DNA of 64,000 nucleotides from Anaeromyxobacteraceae bacterium (GCA_032654565.1 JAULAX010000017.1:96001-160000); one strand, 5' to 3'; positions 1 through 10,064 are shown, counted from the first letter of the stretch. Program-made: numbers and translations. The notes: generated from the letters alone by a model not told the origin.

Positions 1-1182
1 GACAACCCGGAGCCGGAGCGGGCCCGCCGCACCCGCGGGCAGGGGACCCGGGCGCCGGCCGGCTTCGACGCCCCGTTCCCGCTGCTCCCGCCCCCCGGGC
101 CGCTGGCCTGGCGGGAGATCCCGGCCGAGGCGCTGGACTCGCTCCGCGCCAGCGAGGGGACGGCGGTGCTGGCGGCCGACGCCGTCCGGCTGGCCGGCCA
201 GCTGCTGGCCGAGGCCGGCCGGGGGGCGGTCTCGTCGCGGGAGCTGCTGCTCTTCCTGGTCGAGCTCCGCGACTACTTCATCGCCGACGCGGCGCTGGCG
301 CCGCTGGCTTCGCTCGCCGAGCTGGTGGGGCGCACCCCGCCCGGCGAGCTGCGCGACGACCTGGCGCGGGCCCTCGGGGATCCCCGGCTGCTCGACGCCG
401 TGCTGGCGGCGGTGCCGGCCGGCAGCACCCAGCTGCCGCCCGAGGCCCTGCGGCTGGTGCCCCTGGTCCCCGCCCAGGCGGCCCTCGACCTGCTGGCCTC
501 CGAGCCCGACGAGGGGCGTCGCCAGGTGCTCGGCCTGATCGCCGAGGCCCGGCTCCCCGCCGACGCCGCCGCCATCATCGAGCGGCTCCCCGGCCTCGAC
601 GCCAGGGTGGCGCGGGTGCTGGTCCACGCCATCGGGGCCAAGGCGCCCGGCTTCGCGGCCCAGGCGGCCGCGGCCCTGCTCGATCACCCCGACGAGCACC
701 TGCAGGTGGCGGCGCTGCACGCCCTGGAGGCGGCCGGCGGCGAGGTGCCGGTGGCGCGGCTGCTGCGGCTCCTCCACGCGCCGCGCGAATCGGTCCGCAT
801 CGGCGTCGCCCTGGTGCTGGCGCGCAGCGGCAAGTCGGCCGCCTTCCAGCCCATCCAGGAGGCGCTGGTCGGCCGCAAGGACTGCACCATCGCCGAGGCC
901 GACGCGCTCGGCTCGGCGCTGGCCCGGCTCGACCCGCGGCGGGCCGCGCCGCTCTTCGCCGAGTGGCTCACGCCCCGCCGCGGCCTGTTCAAGGCCCTGA
1001 CGGCGTCGAAGCAGGAGGAGGCGCTGCGCCTGGCCGCCGCCTCCGGCCTGGCCGCCCACCCCGCCGCGGAGGCCCTGGCCCAGCTCGAGGCGCTGGCCAG
1101 GGGGGGCGACGACGAGGACTTCCGGCGCCACTGCCTGGCCATGCTGGCCCGGCGTCGCCACCAGGGAGCCCGCCATGGATGA
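1..1182 (+). CDS. HEAT-repeat protein (5' end outside window)
   Basis: Frame is open from position 1. Leu/Ala-rich helical repeats such as 'LLDHPDEHLQVAALHAL' and 'LLHAPRESVRIGVALVL'. Stop overlaps the next gene. Confidence 0.7.
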   Translation, partial: DNPEPERARRTRGQGTRAPAGFDAPFPLLPPPGPLAWREIPAEALDSLRASEGTAVLAADAVRLAGQLLAEAGRGAVSSRELLLFLVELRDYFIADAALAPLASLAELVGRTPPGELRDDLARALGDPRLLDAVLAAVPAGSTQLPPEALRLVPLVPAQAALDLLASEPDEGRRQVLGLIAEARLPADAAAIIERLPGLDARVARVLVHAIGAKAPGFAAQAAAALLDHPDEHLQVAALHALEAAGGEVPVARLLRLLHAPRESVRIGVALVLARSGKSAAFQPIQEALVGRKDCTIAEADALGSALARLDPRRAAPLFAEWLTPRRGLFKALTASKQEEALRLAAASGLAAHPAAEALAQLEALARGGDDEDFRRHCLAMLARRRHQGARHG

Positions 1183-2521
1183 GCTGGCCAGGGCACAGAC
1201 CAGCCTCGGCCGCGCCCTCGGCCGGGCCCGCGCCGGCGAGGACCGGGAGCTGGCCCAGAAGGTCCGCGAGGCGGGCGAGCACCTGGTGCAGCTGCTGGCC
1301 GGCCTGCTCAAGCTGACCCGGGTCCACAGCCCCGACAACCACGCCTTCGACACCCCGGTGGCCGAGCTGGAGCGGGTGCTGCAGGCGCTGGGCGAGTCGC
1401 TGGGCACCGTCAACCTGGTGACGGTCGAGGACCAGGTCTACCTCAACGACATCCGCGTCCGCACCGACAGCAAGCCGGGGGCCGGCGGGCTGGGCGCCGA
1501 GCTGAAGCGCCACAACACCGGCGGCCTGGTCTTCCACACCCCGCTCAGCGGGCCGCAGATCCGCCTGCTCATCAAGGGGCTCTCCGGGCCACCCGCCGCC
1601 GAGTGGCCGCGCGGCACGCTCGGCCAGTGGCTGGTCGACCAGGAGCTCGACGCCGTGGACCTGCACGGCATCTTCCGGTTCCAGGCGGTCCGCTCCGACC
1701 AGGCGGCGCCGGCGCGGGCCCCGGAGGAGGTGCTCGGCCTGATGCTCGACCTCGCCAGCGAGAGCTGGGACCACCTCGCCGCCGGGCGGGTGCTCAACCC
1801 GCTGCCGCTGCGGCGCGCCGTGGTCGAGGCCATCGAGTCCGGGATCGAGGCGCCGGCCTTCTGGATCGGCTTCCCCGACTGCCCGCCCCACGCCGCCCAC
1901 GCCGTCGAGGTGGCCATGGTGGCGTTGCTGATCGGCAAGGTGGCCGGCTTCCCCTCCGGCGTGCTCCAGGATCTCGGCATCGCCGGGCTGGTCCACGACG
2001 TCGGCTACCTGGCGCCCCACGTCGGGGAGGGGGCGGCGGCGCTGCTCCGCCACCCCATCGAGGGGGCGCGGCTGGTGCTGCGGCAGCGGGGCTTCTCCGA
2101 GGCCAAGCTGCGGCGGCTGCGCGGCGTGCTCGAGCACCACCGCGACCACGCCGATCCCGCCGGGTCGCCGTCGGCGGTGGGGGCGGCGCTGCGGCTGGCC
2201 GAGGACTACGCCAACGTCCACCGGCTCTACGGCTCCAAGGTGACCCGCCCCGACGCCCTCGGGGCCATGCTCAAGGCCGGCGGGCGGCTCTACCACCCCG
2301 GGCTGGTCCAGGCGCTGGTCAACGGGCTGGGCCGGTACCCGCCCGGCACGCTGGTGGAGCTGGCCGACGGCGGCTTCGGGCGGGTGGCCACGCCGGCCCG
2401 CGGCCAGGACCTCTGGGAGAAGCCGCTGGTGAAGCGGCTCGACCCGAGGACCCGGCTGGCGACCGGACCGATGGTCGATACGGCGCGAGACGGCGCCGTC
2501 CGGCGCGTCCTGCCCGGCTGA
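1175..2521 (+). CDS. HD-domain (HD-GYP-like) phosphohydrolase, degenerate GYP motif
   Basis: 'GLVHDVG', 'HPIEG', 'EHH' and C-terminal 'GRYPPGTLVEL'. The expected DGSGYP reads DPAGSP. Confidence 0.75.
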   Translation: MDELARAQTSLGRALGRARAGEDRELAQKVREAGEHLVQLLAGLLKLTRVHSPDNHAFDTPVAELERVLQALGESLGTVNLVTVEDQVYLNDIRVRTDSKPGAGGLGAELKRHNTGGLVFHTPLSGPQIRLLIKGLSGPPAAEWPRGTLGQWLVDQELDAVDLHGIFRFQAVRSDQAAPARAPEEVLGLMLDLASESWDHLAAGRVLNPLPLRRAVVEAIESGIEAPAFWIGFPDCPPHAAHAVEVAMVALLIGKVAGFPSGVLQDLGIAGLVHDVGYLAPHVGEGAAALLRHPIEGARLVLRQRGFSEAKLRRLRGVLEHHRDHADPAGSPSAVGAALRLAEDYANVHRLYGSKVTRPDALGAMLKAGGRLYHPGLVQALVNGLGRYPPGTLVELADGGFGRVATPARGQDLWEKPLVKRLDPRTRLATGPMVDTARDGAVRRVLPG

Positions 2522-2620
2522 GCCGCGCCCCGCCGCCCGCTCCCGCGCAACCGGTGCGCCCGGCGCCCCCGGCGCGCAGGTTTCGCGACGACAGGGGCCC
2601 GACATCACAGGAGAATATGA

Positions 2621-2636
2621 CGGCACGCGGCGTGCT
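2621..2636 (+). promoter_or_regulatory. Putative sigma54 (-24/-12) promoter
   Basis: CGGCACGCGGCGTGCT has GG-N10-GC spacing. An inverted repeat GCGCA-N5-TGCGC lies upstream at 2545-2559. Confidence 0.45.
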
Positions 2637-2649
2637 TGGGCATGGCTCG

Positions 2650-2958
2650 ATGGTCCAGTTCGAATCCGAGGCCCGCGACTTCCTGCTCAAGCGCCGCCAC
2701 CGGCTGCGCCGGCAGTCGGACGCCGCGGGCGCCACCGCCGGGAGCTACTGGTTCGACACCGAGGCGCTCCCCGTACCGGACGACGAGGAGGCCCGGCGCG
2801 AGCTGGCCCGGATCGACGCGGCGCTGCAGCGGATCGAGCAGGGCTCCTACGGCACCTGCCAGGCCTGCGGCGGCCCCATGGGGCTGCAGCGGATGCGGGC
2901 CATCCCCGAGGCGCGCTACTGCGTCGGCTGCAGCGGCCAGGTGCCCGAGGTCGAGTAG
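2650..2958 (+). CDS. TraR/DksA C4-type zinc finger protein (alternative start 2617)
   Basis: 'IDAALQRIEQGSYGTCQACGGPMGLQRMRAIPEARYCVGC' is the DksA/TraR zinc-finger signature. Confidence 0.85.
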   Translation: MVQFESEARDFLLKRRHRLRRQSDAAGATAGSYWFDTEALPVPDDEEARRELARIDAALQRIEQGSYGTCQACGGPMGLQRMRAIPEARYCVGCSGQVPEVE

Positions 2959-2994
2959 CGCCGGGGGCGGGCCCCTGCTATCACCGGCTCGCTC

Positions 2995-3684
2995 GTGCCT
3001 CCCACGCCCTCCACCGCCGCGCCGGTCCTCGCCTATCCGCTCGGCGACGCCCTCTACCTCAACGTCACCAGCGGCTGCACGCTGGCGTGCGTCTTCTGCC
3101 CCAAGATCAGCGACGACGACTGGGAGGTGGGCGGCTTCGACCTGCGGCTCAAGGCGAATCCGCAGGTGGAGGCGATCTGGGCGGCGGCCCTGGCCGCCGG
3201 GCTGGAGGGGCGGAGCGAGGTGGTCTTCACCGGCTTCGGCGAGGCGACGCGGCGGCTCGAGGTGGTGCTGGAGCTGATCCGGCGGCTCAAGGCTGCCGGG
3301 GTGGGGCGGGTCCGGCTCGACACCGACGGGCTGGCCAGCCTGCGCGAGGGGCGCGACGTGGTGCCGGAGCTGGCCGCCGCCGGCCTCGACGCCGTCTCGG
3401 TCTCGCTCAACGCCGCCGACGCCACCACCTACGCCCGGCTCTGCCCCAGCGCCTACGGCGAGGCGGCCTTCCCGGCGGTGAAGGCCTTCATCGGCTCGGC
3501 GGTGGCCCGCCTCGGTGAGGTGACGGCCAGCGTGGTGGGCGTGGACGGCCTCTCCGAGTCCGCCTGCCGGGACCTGGCCGAGGGGCTGGGGGCCCGCTTC
3601 AAGTGGCGGCCTTTCGGGCGGATCGGTCGGCTCCCACCCTCCCAGTCCGGGGGGGCTCCTGGTCCAGGCCGCGCAAATTCCTGA
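2995..3684 (+). CDS. Radical SAM protein, TatD-associated type
   Basis: 'LYLNVTSGCTLACVFC' (CxxxCxxC), 'EVVFTGFGE', 'VSVSLNA'. Confidence 0.85.
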   Translation: MPPTPSTAAPVLAYPLGDALYLNVTSGCTLACVFCPKISDDDWEVGGFDLRLKANPQVEAIWAAALAAGLEGRSEVVFTGFGEATRRLEVVLELIRRLKAAGVGRVRLDTDGLASLREGRDVVPELAAAGLDAVSVSLNAADATTYARLCPSAYGEAAFPAVKAFIGSAVARLGEVTASVVGVDGLSESACRDLAEGLGARFKWRPFGRIGRLPPSQSGGAPGPGRANS

Positions 3685-3790
3685 CACCCTGCGGCGGCCG
3701 AGATGCGCGGCCGCGCTGGATCTTTTCGTCCGGAAGGGGCATAGAACCGTCCATCACGCAGGCTTTGCGCTCTGAAGGCGGTGAGGTGGC

Positions 3791-5221
3791 ATGACCACGC
3801 CCAGCCAGGGGACGAGGGTGTCGAAGGAACGGATCCTGGTCGTCGACGACGAGCAGAACGCCCGGGTCGCGCTCCGCACCATGCTGGCGGAGGAGGGGTA
3901 CGAGGTCCTCGAGGCGGCGGACGGCGAGGAGGCGCTCTCGCTGCTGCCCGGCTTCGGACCGGCGGTGGTGCTGGCCGACGTGCGCATGCCGCGGCTCGAC
4001 GGCATCACCCTGCTCAAGCGGGCCCGCGCCCAGGGCTCCGACGCGGTCTTCGTCATGATGACGGCCTACGCCTCGGTGGAGGCGGCGGTGGGGGCGATGC
4101 GGGCCGGCGCCGAGAACTACCTGACCAAGCCGCTGGACTTCAACGCCGTGCAGGTGGTGCTGGTCAAGGCGCTGGAGAAGCTCAAGCTGCAGCGCGACGC
4201 CGAGAACCTGCGCGAGCGGGTGCGCGACCGCTACAGCTTCCACGCCATCGTCGGCGAGGCCCCCGAACTGCAGGCGGTCTTCGACGTGGTGAAGCGGGCG
4301 GCGCCCACCCGGGCCACCGTGCTGATCCTCGGCGAGTCGGGCACCGGCAAGGAGCTGGTGGCCCAGGCGCTCCACGAGGAGTCGCCGCGCGCCAGCAAGC
4401 CCTTCATCAAGGTCAACTGCGCCGCGCTCTCCGAGACCCTGCTGGAGTCGGAGCTCTTCGGCCACGAGAAGGGGGCCTTCACCGGCGCCATCGGGCTCAA
4501 GGAGGGGCGCTTCGAGCTGGCCGACGGCGGGACGCTCTTCCTCGACGAGATCGGCGAGGTCTCCCCGGCCTTGCAGGTGAAGCTGCTGCGGGTGCTGCAG
4601 CAGCGCGAGTTCGAGCGGGTGGGCGGCACCCGCACCCTCAAGGTGGACGTGCGGCTGGTGGCGGCCACCAACCGCGACCTCGCCGAGCTGGTCAAGACCG
4701 GGAGGTTCCGCGAGGACCTCTTCTACCGGCTCAACGTGGTGGCGGTGACCCTGCCGCCGCTGCGGGACCGCAAGGGGGACATCCCCATGCTGGTCACGCA
4801 CTTCATCGCCAAGTACTCCAAGGCCTACGCCAAGGAGATCAAGGCGCTGGCCCCGGGGACCCTCAACGCCCTGCTGTCGCACGACTGGCCCGGCAACGTC
4901 CGCGAGCTGGAGAACGTGGTGGAGCGGGCGGTGGTGCTCTGCAAGGGGAACGAGCTGAACGGCGACGACCTGCCGCCGACGCTGCGGGGGCTGCGGCCGC
5001 GCAGCGATCGCTCGCCGGGCGCCCTCATCCCCGGCGCCACGCTCTACGACATCGAGCGCGAGGCCATCGTCCGCACCCTGGAGATGGTGGGCGGCTCGAC
5101 CTCGCGGGCCGCCGAGATCCTCGGCATCAGCGTCCGCAAGATCCAGTACCGCCAGAAGGAGTACAAGGAGCGGGAGGAGGGGCGCTTCGTGCCGCCCCCC
5201 GAGGGCGACGAGGAGGGGTGA
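3791..5221 (+). CDS. Sigma54-dependent response regulator (NtrC/AtoC family)
   Basis: REC domain, GESGTGKE Walker [15 protein letters not shown] and a C-terminal Fis HTH. Confidence 0.95.
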   Translation: MTTPSQGTRVSKERILVVDDEQNARVALRTMLAEEGYEVLEAADGEEALSLLPGFGPAVVLADVRMPRLDGITLLKRARAQGSDAVFVMMTAYASVEAAVGAMRAGAENYLTKPLDFNAVQVVLVKALEKLKLQRDAENLRERVRDRYSFHAIVGEAPELQAVFDVVKRAAPTRATVLILGESGTGKELVAQALHEESPRASKPFIKVNCAALSETLLESELFGHEKGAFTGAIGLKEGRFELADGGTLFLDEIGEVSPALQVKLLRVLQQREFERVGGTRTLKVDVRLVAATNRDLAELVKTGRFREDLFYRLNVVAVTLPPLRDRKGDIPMLVTHFIAKYSKAYAKEIKALAPGTLNALLSHDWPGNVRELENVVERAVVLCKGNELNGDDLPPTLRGLRPRSDRSPGALIPGATLYDIEREAIVRTLEMVGGSTSRAAEILGISVRKIQYRQKEYKEREEGRFVPPPEGDEEG

Positions 5222-5236
5222 GGCCGGGCCCGGCGC

Positions 5237-6370
5237 TCAGTCGAGCCGCGGCAGCCGCAGCAGGAAGCGGGCCCCGCCCCCCGGGGCCGCCTCCACCGAG
5301 ACCGTCCCGCCGTGCTGCGAGACGATGGCGTGGACGATGGAGAGCCCCAGCCCCGAGCCCTTGGCCTTGGTGGTGAAGAAGGGCTCGAAGATCCGGTCGC
5401 GGGCCGCTGGCGGCACCCCCGGCCCGGAGTCCTCGATGGTCACCACGGCGCTGGGGCCGCGCTCGCCCCGGGCCGGATCGGGCGCCTCGGCGGCGCAGCG
5501 CACCCAGACCCGGCCGCCCTCCGGGGTCGCCTCCAGCGCGTTGAGCGCCAGGTTGACCAGCACCTGGCGGAGCCGCTCCTCCTCGCCGGCCACCCGGGTG
5601 CTCCCCGGCTCCGGGGAGAGCGCCCGCTCCAGGTGGATGGAGCGGCGCTCCGCCTCGCCGTCGATCAGGTCGAGCACCCGCGAGACCACCTGGCACAGGT
5701 CGACCGGGTGAGGCACGAAGACCCGGGGCCGGGCGAACTGCAGGAAGTCCTCGAGGATGTGGTCGAGCCGACGGATCTCATCCTTCACCAGCAGCAGCGG
5801 CTCGAGCAGCGGCCCGGGCAGGTCGCCGCCCAGCCGGCTGACCCGCCGCTCCAGCACGGTGAGCTGCAGCAGGGCGGCGTTGAGCGGGTTGCGGATCTCG
5901 TGGGAGAGGCCGGCGGTCATGGTGCCGACCGCGGCCAGCTTCTCCGCCATCTGCGCCTTGTGGGCCAGCGCCAGCTTCTCGCCGTGGAGCCGCACCTGGC
6001 GCATGGCCTGCTCCACCGTCACCAGCAGCTCCTGGGTGGCGCAGGGCTTCACCAGGTAGGCGCAGGCGCCGGCGCGCACCGCCGCCACCGCCGACTCCAG
6101 GGTGGCGAAGCCGGTCAGCAGCACCACCTCGCCGGCCGGGCTCAGGTCCTTGAGCCGGGGGGCGAGCGCCGTGCCGTCGCCGTCGGGGAGCTTCAGGTCC
6201 ACCAGCGCCACGTCGAACCCCTCGGCGGCCAGCGGCAGCGCGGCGGCGCAGGAGCCGGCGGCGCGGACCGCGTAGCCGGCCTCCTCGAGGATCTCGGCGA
6301 GGTTCTCCACCAGCGGACGGTTGTCGTCGACCAGCAGGATGCGCGGGCGGCGCGGCGCGGGCTCGATCAC
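5237..6370 (-). CDS. Hybrid receiver-histidine kinase
   Basis: N-terminal REC ('ILLVDDN', 'LVDLKLPD'), H-box 'SHEIRNPL', 'FEPFFTTK', 'GSGLGL'. The GTG start overlaps the upstream stop. Confidence 0.9.
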   Translation of the reverse strand: MIEPAPRRPRILLVDDNRPLVENLAEILEEAGYAVRAAGSCAAALPLAAEGFDVALVDLKLPDGDGTALAPRLKDLSPAGEVVLLTGFATLESAVAAVRAGACAYLVKPCATQELLVTVEQAMRQVRLHGEKLALAHKAQMAEKLAAVGTMTAGLSHEIRNPLNAALLQLTVLERRVSRLGGDLPGPLLEPLLLVKDEIRRLDHILEDFLQFARPRVFVPHPVDLCQVVSRVLDLIDGEAERRSIHLERALSPEPGSTRVAGEEERLRQVLVNLALNALEATPEGGRVWVRCAAEAPDPARGERGPSAVVTIEDSGPGVPPAARDRIFEPFFTTKAKGSGLGLSIVHAIVSQHGGTVSVEAAPGGGARFLLRLPRLD

Positions 6371-7077
6371 GCCGGCCCCCCGGGCTGGGAGGCGTGGAGC
6401 CGCGCCACCGCCGCCAGCAGCGCCGCGGTGTCGAAGGGCTTGTGGAAGCGGGGTGGCCCGTCCGGCGCCGGGTCGGCGTACACGCCGGTCATGATCAGCA
6501 TGGGCAGGCCGGGGAACCTCTCTGCCAGCCGGCGCATGGCCTCGCCGTCGGGCCCGCCTGGCACCCGCAGGTCGACCAGCGCGCAGCACGGGCGCACCGG
6601 GCCGAGCCGCTCGGTCTCCAGCACCGAGGCGGCGGTGACGGCGGCGAACCCGCGGCCCCGCAAGGCCTCGCAGAGGTTGTCGGAGAGCCGCCGGTCGTCC
6701 TCGATGACCGCCACCAGCCCGTCGCGGCGGGCCGTCGCCAGCAGCTCCAGCAGGGCGGCGATGGGCACCGGCTTGCCCAGCACCGCCAGCAGCCCCTCGC
6801 GGCGGGCCGCCTCCAGGGCGTCGTCGGCGACGTGGGCGGTGACCACCAGCGCCGCCAGCCCGGGATCCCGCCGGCGCACCTCGTGGACCACCTCGGCGCC
6901 GCCCATCCCCGGCATCCGCATGTCGGTGACCAGGGCGTGGTAGCGGACCCGCTCCACCAGCCGGAGCGCCTCGGCGCCGCCGCCGGCCAGGTCCACCTCG
7001 TCGCCCCGGTCGCGGAGGATCTCGGCCAGGTTCTCGGCGAACTGGCGGTTGTCGTCGACGAGCAGGTAGCGGCGCAT
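6367..7077 (-). CDS. Dual-receiver response regulator, cognate of the globin-coupled kinase
   Basis: Two REC domains with Asp52 and Asp169, the same positions as the phospho-acceptors of the Anaeromyxobacter AfGcHK partner regulator. Confidence 0.85.
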   Translation of the reverse strand: MRRYLLVDDNRQFAENLAEILRDRGDEVDLAGGGAEALRLVERVRYHALVTDMRMPGMGGAEVVHEVRRRDPGLAALVVTAHVADDALEAARREGLLAVLGKPVPIAALLELLATARRDGLVAVIEDDRRLSDNLCEALRGRGFAAVTAASVLETERLGPVRPCCALVDLRVPGGPDGEAMRRLAERFPGLPMLIMTGVYADPAPDGPPRFHKPFDTAALLAAVARLHASQPGGPA

Positions 7078-7090
7078 GGGGGCGGGACGC

Positions 7091-8227
7091 TCAGGCCGGG
7101 AGGCGCAGCGTGAAGCGGGCGCCGCCGCCGGGGCGGTCGGCGTAGCTGACCTCGCCGCCGTGCCGCTCGGCGATCCGCTTGCAGAGGGCCAGCCCCAGGC
7201 CGATGCCGTGGTCCTTGGTGGTGATGAGCGGCTCGAAGAGGCGACGCCGGGTGGCGGCGTCGACCCCCGGCCCGGTGTCCTCCACCTCCAGCGCCACCGC
7301 CCCGGGCTCGCGTCGCCCCCGCACCGTCACCGCGCCGGCCGGCGAGGCGGCGAAGGCGGCGTTCTCCAGCAGGTTGACCAGCACCTGGCGGAGCTGCCCG
7401 GCGTCCCCCTCCACCTCGGGGAGCTCGCCGAGGCCGAGCAGCTCCACGGCCACCCCGGCCGGCCAGGCCAGAGCGGCGCGCGCCGCCTCCACCACCTCGG
7501 CCAGCCGGACCGGCTCGCGCTGCAGCGGCCGGTTGCGGACCATGTCGAGCAGGTTGGTGATGATGCCGTTGGCGATGGCGACCTGCTCCTTGATCCGGTC
7601 GGCGTGCTTCCAGGCCCGCTCGTCGTCGGCGAGGCGGCCGCGGAGGATGAAGAGCGAGGTCTCGATGACGCCGAGCGGGTTTCGCAGGTCGTGGCCGATG
7701 GAGGCCACCAGCTGGCCGAAGGTGCTGAGCCGCTCCACCCGGGCCTGCTGGGCCAGCAGGTCGTCGCGGTAGGTGTGGAGCATGACGGCCAGCTCGAGGT
7801 CGAGGATCTTGGCCAGCGCGGTCCGGGTCCCCTCCCGCTCGGCGCCGGCCGGGAGGCGGGCCACCGCCAGGGCGTCGAGCTCGGCACGCACCACGTTCAT
7901 GGCGCCGAACATGAGGTGCTGGGGCATGCCGATGCGGACGTGGACCTGGCCGATCCGCTTGCGGTGCTCCCAGTAGGCGTCGTCCCAGGGGCCGCGCAGC
8001 AGGGTGTCGAGCCAGGCCACCAGGGTGGTCTTGAGCCGGCCCACCTGGCTCTCGCCCCCCTGGAGGACGCGGGTGGCCTCCTCGTGGAGGAGGATGCGGG
8101 CGTAGAAGGCCTCGGCGACGGCCGGGAAGGACGGGCGGGCCAGCGGGTGGAGGGCGCGGAGGCGGCGCTGGTCGTCCTCGTCGAAGCGGACGTAGCCCTG
8201 CAGCTCGTGGAAGACGGTCGCCGGCAT
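7091..8227 (-). CDS. Globin-coupled O2-sensor histidine kinase (AfGcHK-like)
   Basis: Protoglobin domain with distal Tyr in 'FYARI' and proximal His in 'GQVHVRIG', then 'GHDLRNPL' H-box and an HATPase domain. Confidence 0.9.
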   Translation of the reverse strand: MPATVFHELQGYVRFDEDDQRRLRALHPLARPSFPAVAEAFYARILLHEEATRVLQGGESQVGRLKTTLVAWLDTLLRGPWDDAYWEHRKRIGQVHVRIGMPQHLMFGAMNVVRAELDALAVARLPAGAEREGTRTALAKILDLELAVMLHTYRDDLLAQQARVERLSTFGQLVASIGHDLRNPLGVIETSLFILRGRLADDERAWKHADRIKEQVAIANGIITNLLDMVRNRPLQREPVRLAEVVEAARAALAWPAGVAVELLGLGELPEVEGDAGQLRQVLVNLLENAAFAASPAGAVTVRGRREPGAVALEVEDTGPGVDAATRRRLFEPLITTKDHGIGLGLALCKRIAERHGGEVSYADRPGGGARFTLRLPA

Positions 8228-8266
8228 GGGTCGCCGCTCCGGGGGCGCCTCGACGGACCGGGAGCG

Positions 8267-8458
8267 CTAGGCCTTGGGCTGCGGGTCGGCGGGGGGCGGG
8301 TCCTTCTTGTCCTTCTCGTCGTCGCCGCCGAAGGCCTTCTTGAAGCTGCGGATTCCCTGGCCCAGCCCGGCGCCGAGCGCCGGCAGCTTGCTGGCGCCGA
8401 ACAGCAGCACCAGGATGAACCCGATGATCAGCAGCTCCGGCATTCTCAGACCGAACAT
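8267..8458 (-). CDS. tatA: Twin-arginine translocase TatA/E subunit
   Basis: '[34 protein letters not shown]'. Confidence 0.95.
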   Translation of the reverse strand: MFGLRMPELLIIGFILVLLFGASKLPALGAGLGQGIRSFKKAFGGDDEKDKKDPPPADPQPKA

Positions 8459-8536
8459 GATCGGACTCCCGTGGACCGCGAAGGCGGCCGGTGTACACCA
8501 GAACCGCCGAGGCTGTCTCTAACCGAAGTCGGGAGC

Positions 8537-9244
8537 CTACGCCGCCAGCTCCTCGGCCGCCACCGCGGCCAGCCGGGCGGCGTCGAGCACCTTGACGCCG
8601 CGCGAGGCGTCGATCAGGCCGTCCGCCTCGAGGCGGGTCAGGCAGCGCGAGAGGGTCTCCGGGCGCATCCCCAGCAGCCGCGCCACCACCTGCTTGCGCA
8701 CGGCGTTGGGCCGGTCGGCCAGGAAGCGGGCGTGGGCCAGCGCGAACCGCGCCACCCGGGCCAGGCAGTCGCCCTGCCGCCAGTTGACCTCGTCGCGCTG
8801 CTGGTGCGACTCGGTGAGGAGCAGGTCGAGCACCACCCGCGAGGCCCCCTTCTCCGGGCCGATCCACTGGGAGAGCGCCTCGCCGCTGATCCCGCAGACC
8901 CGCACCCGGGAGAGGGCGCGCACCTCGTAGGGGGAGGCGGCGCCCTGGAGCGCCTCGGTGCAGAGCAGCGAGGTGGGGCCGCGCAGCGTCAGGGCCAGCT
9001 CGGCGCCGCGCGGGCTGACGCTGGAGAGGGCGACGAACCCCTCCTTGATGAAGTAGACGGTCCGGGGGCGCTCCCCCTGGGCGCAGATGGTCGAGCCCGG
9101 TTCGCGGGTGCTCGGGGTCAGGCGGCACTTGCCCTGGGAGGCGATGCCGAAGCCACAGCAGTTGCAGTCATTGACAGGCTGCTTGGAAAGCACGGCGACC
9201 TCCGAACGGGTGAGCTTCTTGACTTGATCGAAGTCTACCTGCAT
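8537..9244 (-). CDS. Crp/Fnr-family regulator with N-terminal Cys cluster
   Basis: 'CNCCGFGIASQGKC', cNMP-like barrel 'QGERPRTVYFIKEGFV', HTH 'VARLLGMRPETLSRCL'. Confidence 0.85.
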   Translation of the reverse strand: MQVDFDQVKKLTRSEVAVLSKQPVNDCNCCGFGIASQGKCRLTPSTREPGSTICAQGERPRTVYFIKEGFVALSSVSPRGAELALTLRGPTSLLCTEALQGAASPYEVRALSRVRVCGISGEALSQWIGPEKGASRVVLDLLLTESHQQRDEVNWRQGDCLARVARFALAHARFLADRPNAVRKQVVARLLGMRPETLSRCLTRLEADGLIDASRGVKVLDAARLAAVAAEELAA

Positions 9245-9301
9245 GAGGTAGGCCCGTGAAATACTGAAGGAATGCAATGAACCCGGTGCACGGGTTGCGT
9301 C

Positions 9302-9315
9302 TTGCCCCGGATCAA
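9302..9315. promoter_or_regulatory. Putative FNR-type box
   Basis: TTGCC-CCGG-ATCAA matches TTGAT-N4-ATCAA at 8/10 positions. It lies in the divergent region between the Fnr-like gene and mobB. Confidence 0.4.
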
Positions 9316-9366
9316 ACCTGATCCAGCGCAAGGCTTGCGGGGGAGGTGGGACGGGGACCGCATGGC

Positions 9367-10038
9367 ATGATGCGCACCGTGAAGAAGGCCCTCTCCGACC
9401 GCCGCCCGCCTGCCGGGCCCCGCGCTCCGGCCACGCTGGAGGGCGCCCGGAACGGCGCGACTCTCGCACCGCCCTCGTCGCAGCGTGCCCGGTCCGTCGG
9501 CGCCGGGCGACGGCGCCGGGAGACGCCGGTGGTGGCGGTCTCGGGTCCCAGCGGCACCGGCAAGACCCGGCTGCTGGCGCGCCTCATCCCCTTGCTGCGC
9601 CGCCGCGGCGTGGTGGTGGCGGTCCTCAAGCACACCGGCCACCGCCACCCGTTCGACGTGCCGGGCAAGGACACCGACCTGCTCCGCCGCGCCGGCGCGG
9701 TGGCCGCCGCCATCCAGGGGCCGGCGGGGCTGGCCTACTTCGGGCCGCCGGTGGACGGGGTCCGCGCCCTGGCCCGCCTGCTCCCACCCTGCGACCTGAT
9801 CCTCGCCGAGGGGTGGCGCCAGGAGCCGCTGCCGCGGATCGAGGTCCACCGCCGGGCGATCTCGCCGGCCTTCCTCTGCGCCACCGATCGGCAGGTCTTC
9901 GCCGTGGTGAGCGACCAGCCGCCGCCTCGCCCGCTCCCCTGCTTCGACGCCGATCGGCTCGGGCCGCTCGCCGACCTGCTGGTGGCCCGCTTCGTGGGTG
10001 CGCCGGGGACCCGGCGACGGCGCAGCGCCGGTTCTTGA
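9367..10038 (+). CDS. mobB: Molybdopterin-guanine dinucleotide biosynthesis protein B (start uncertain)
   Basis: 'VAVSGPSGTGKT', 'VLKHTGH', 'FDVPGKDT', 'DLILAEG'. Confidence 0.85.
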   Translation: MMRTVKKALSDRRPPAGPRAPATLEGARNGATLAPPSSQRARSVGAGRRRRETPVVAVSGPSGTGKTRLLARLIPLLRRRGVVVAVLKHTGHRHPFDVPGKDTDLLRRAGAVAAAIQGPAGLAYFGPPVDGVRALARLLPPCDLILAEGWRQEPLPRIEVHRRAISPAFLCATDRQVFAVVSDQPPPRPLPCFDADRLGPLADLLVARFVGAPGTRRRRSAGS

Positions 10039-10064
10039 CACCCGCCGGGAGGCGCCGTTATCTT
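10035..10064 (+). promoter_or_regulatory. Putative sigma70 promoter of the metX fusion
   Basis: TTGACA-N18-TATCTT, 15 nt upstream of ATG 10080. Confidence 0.5.
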
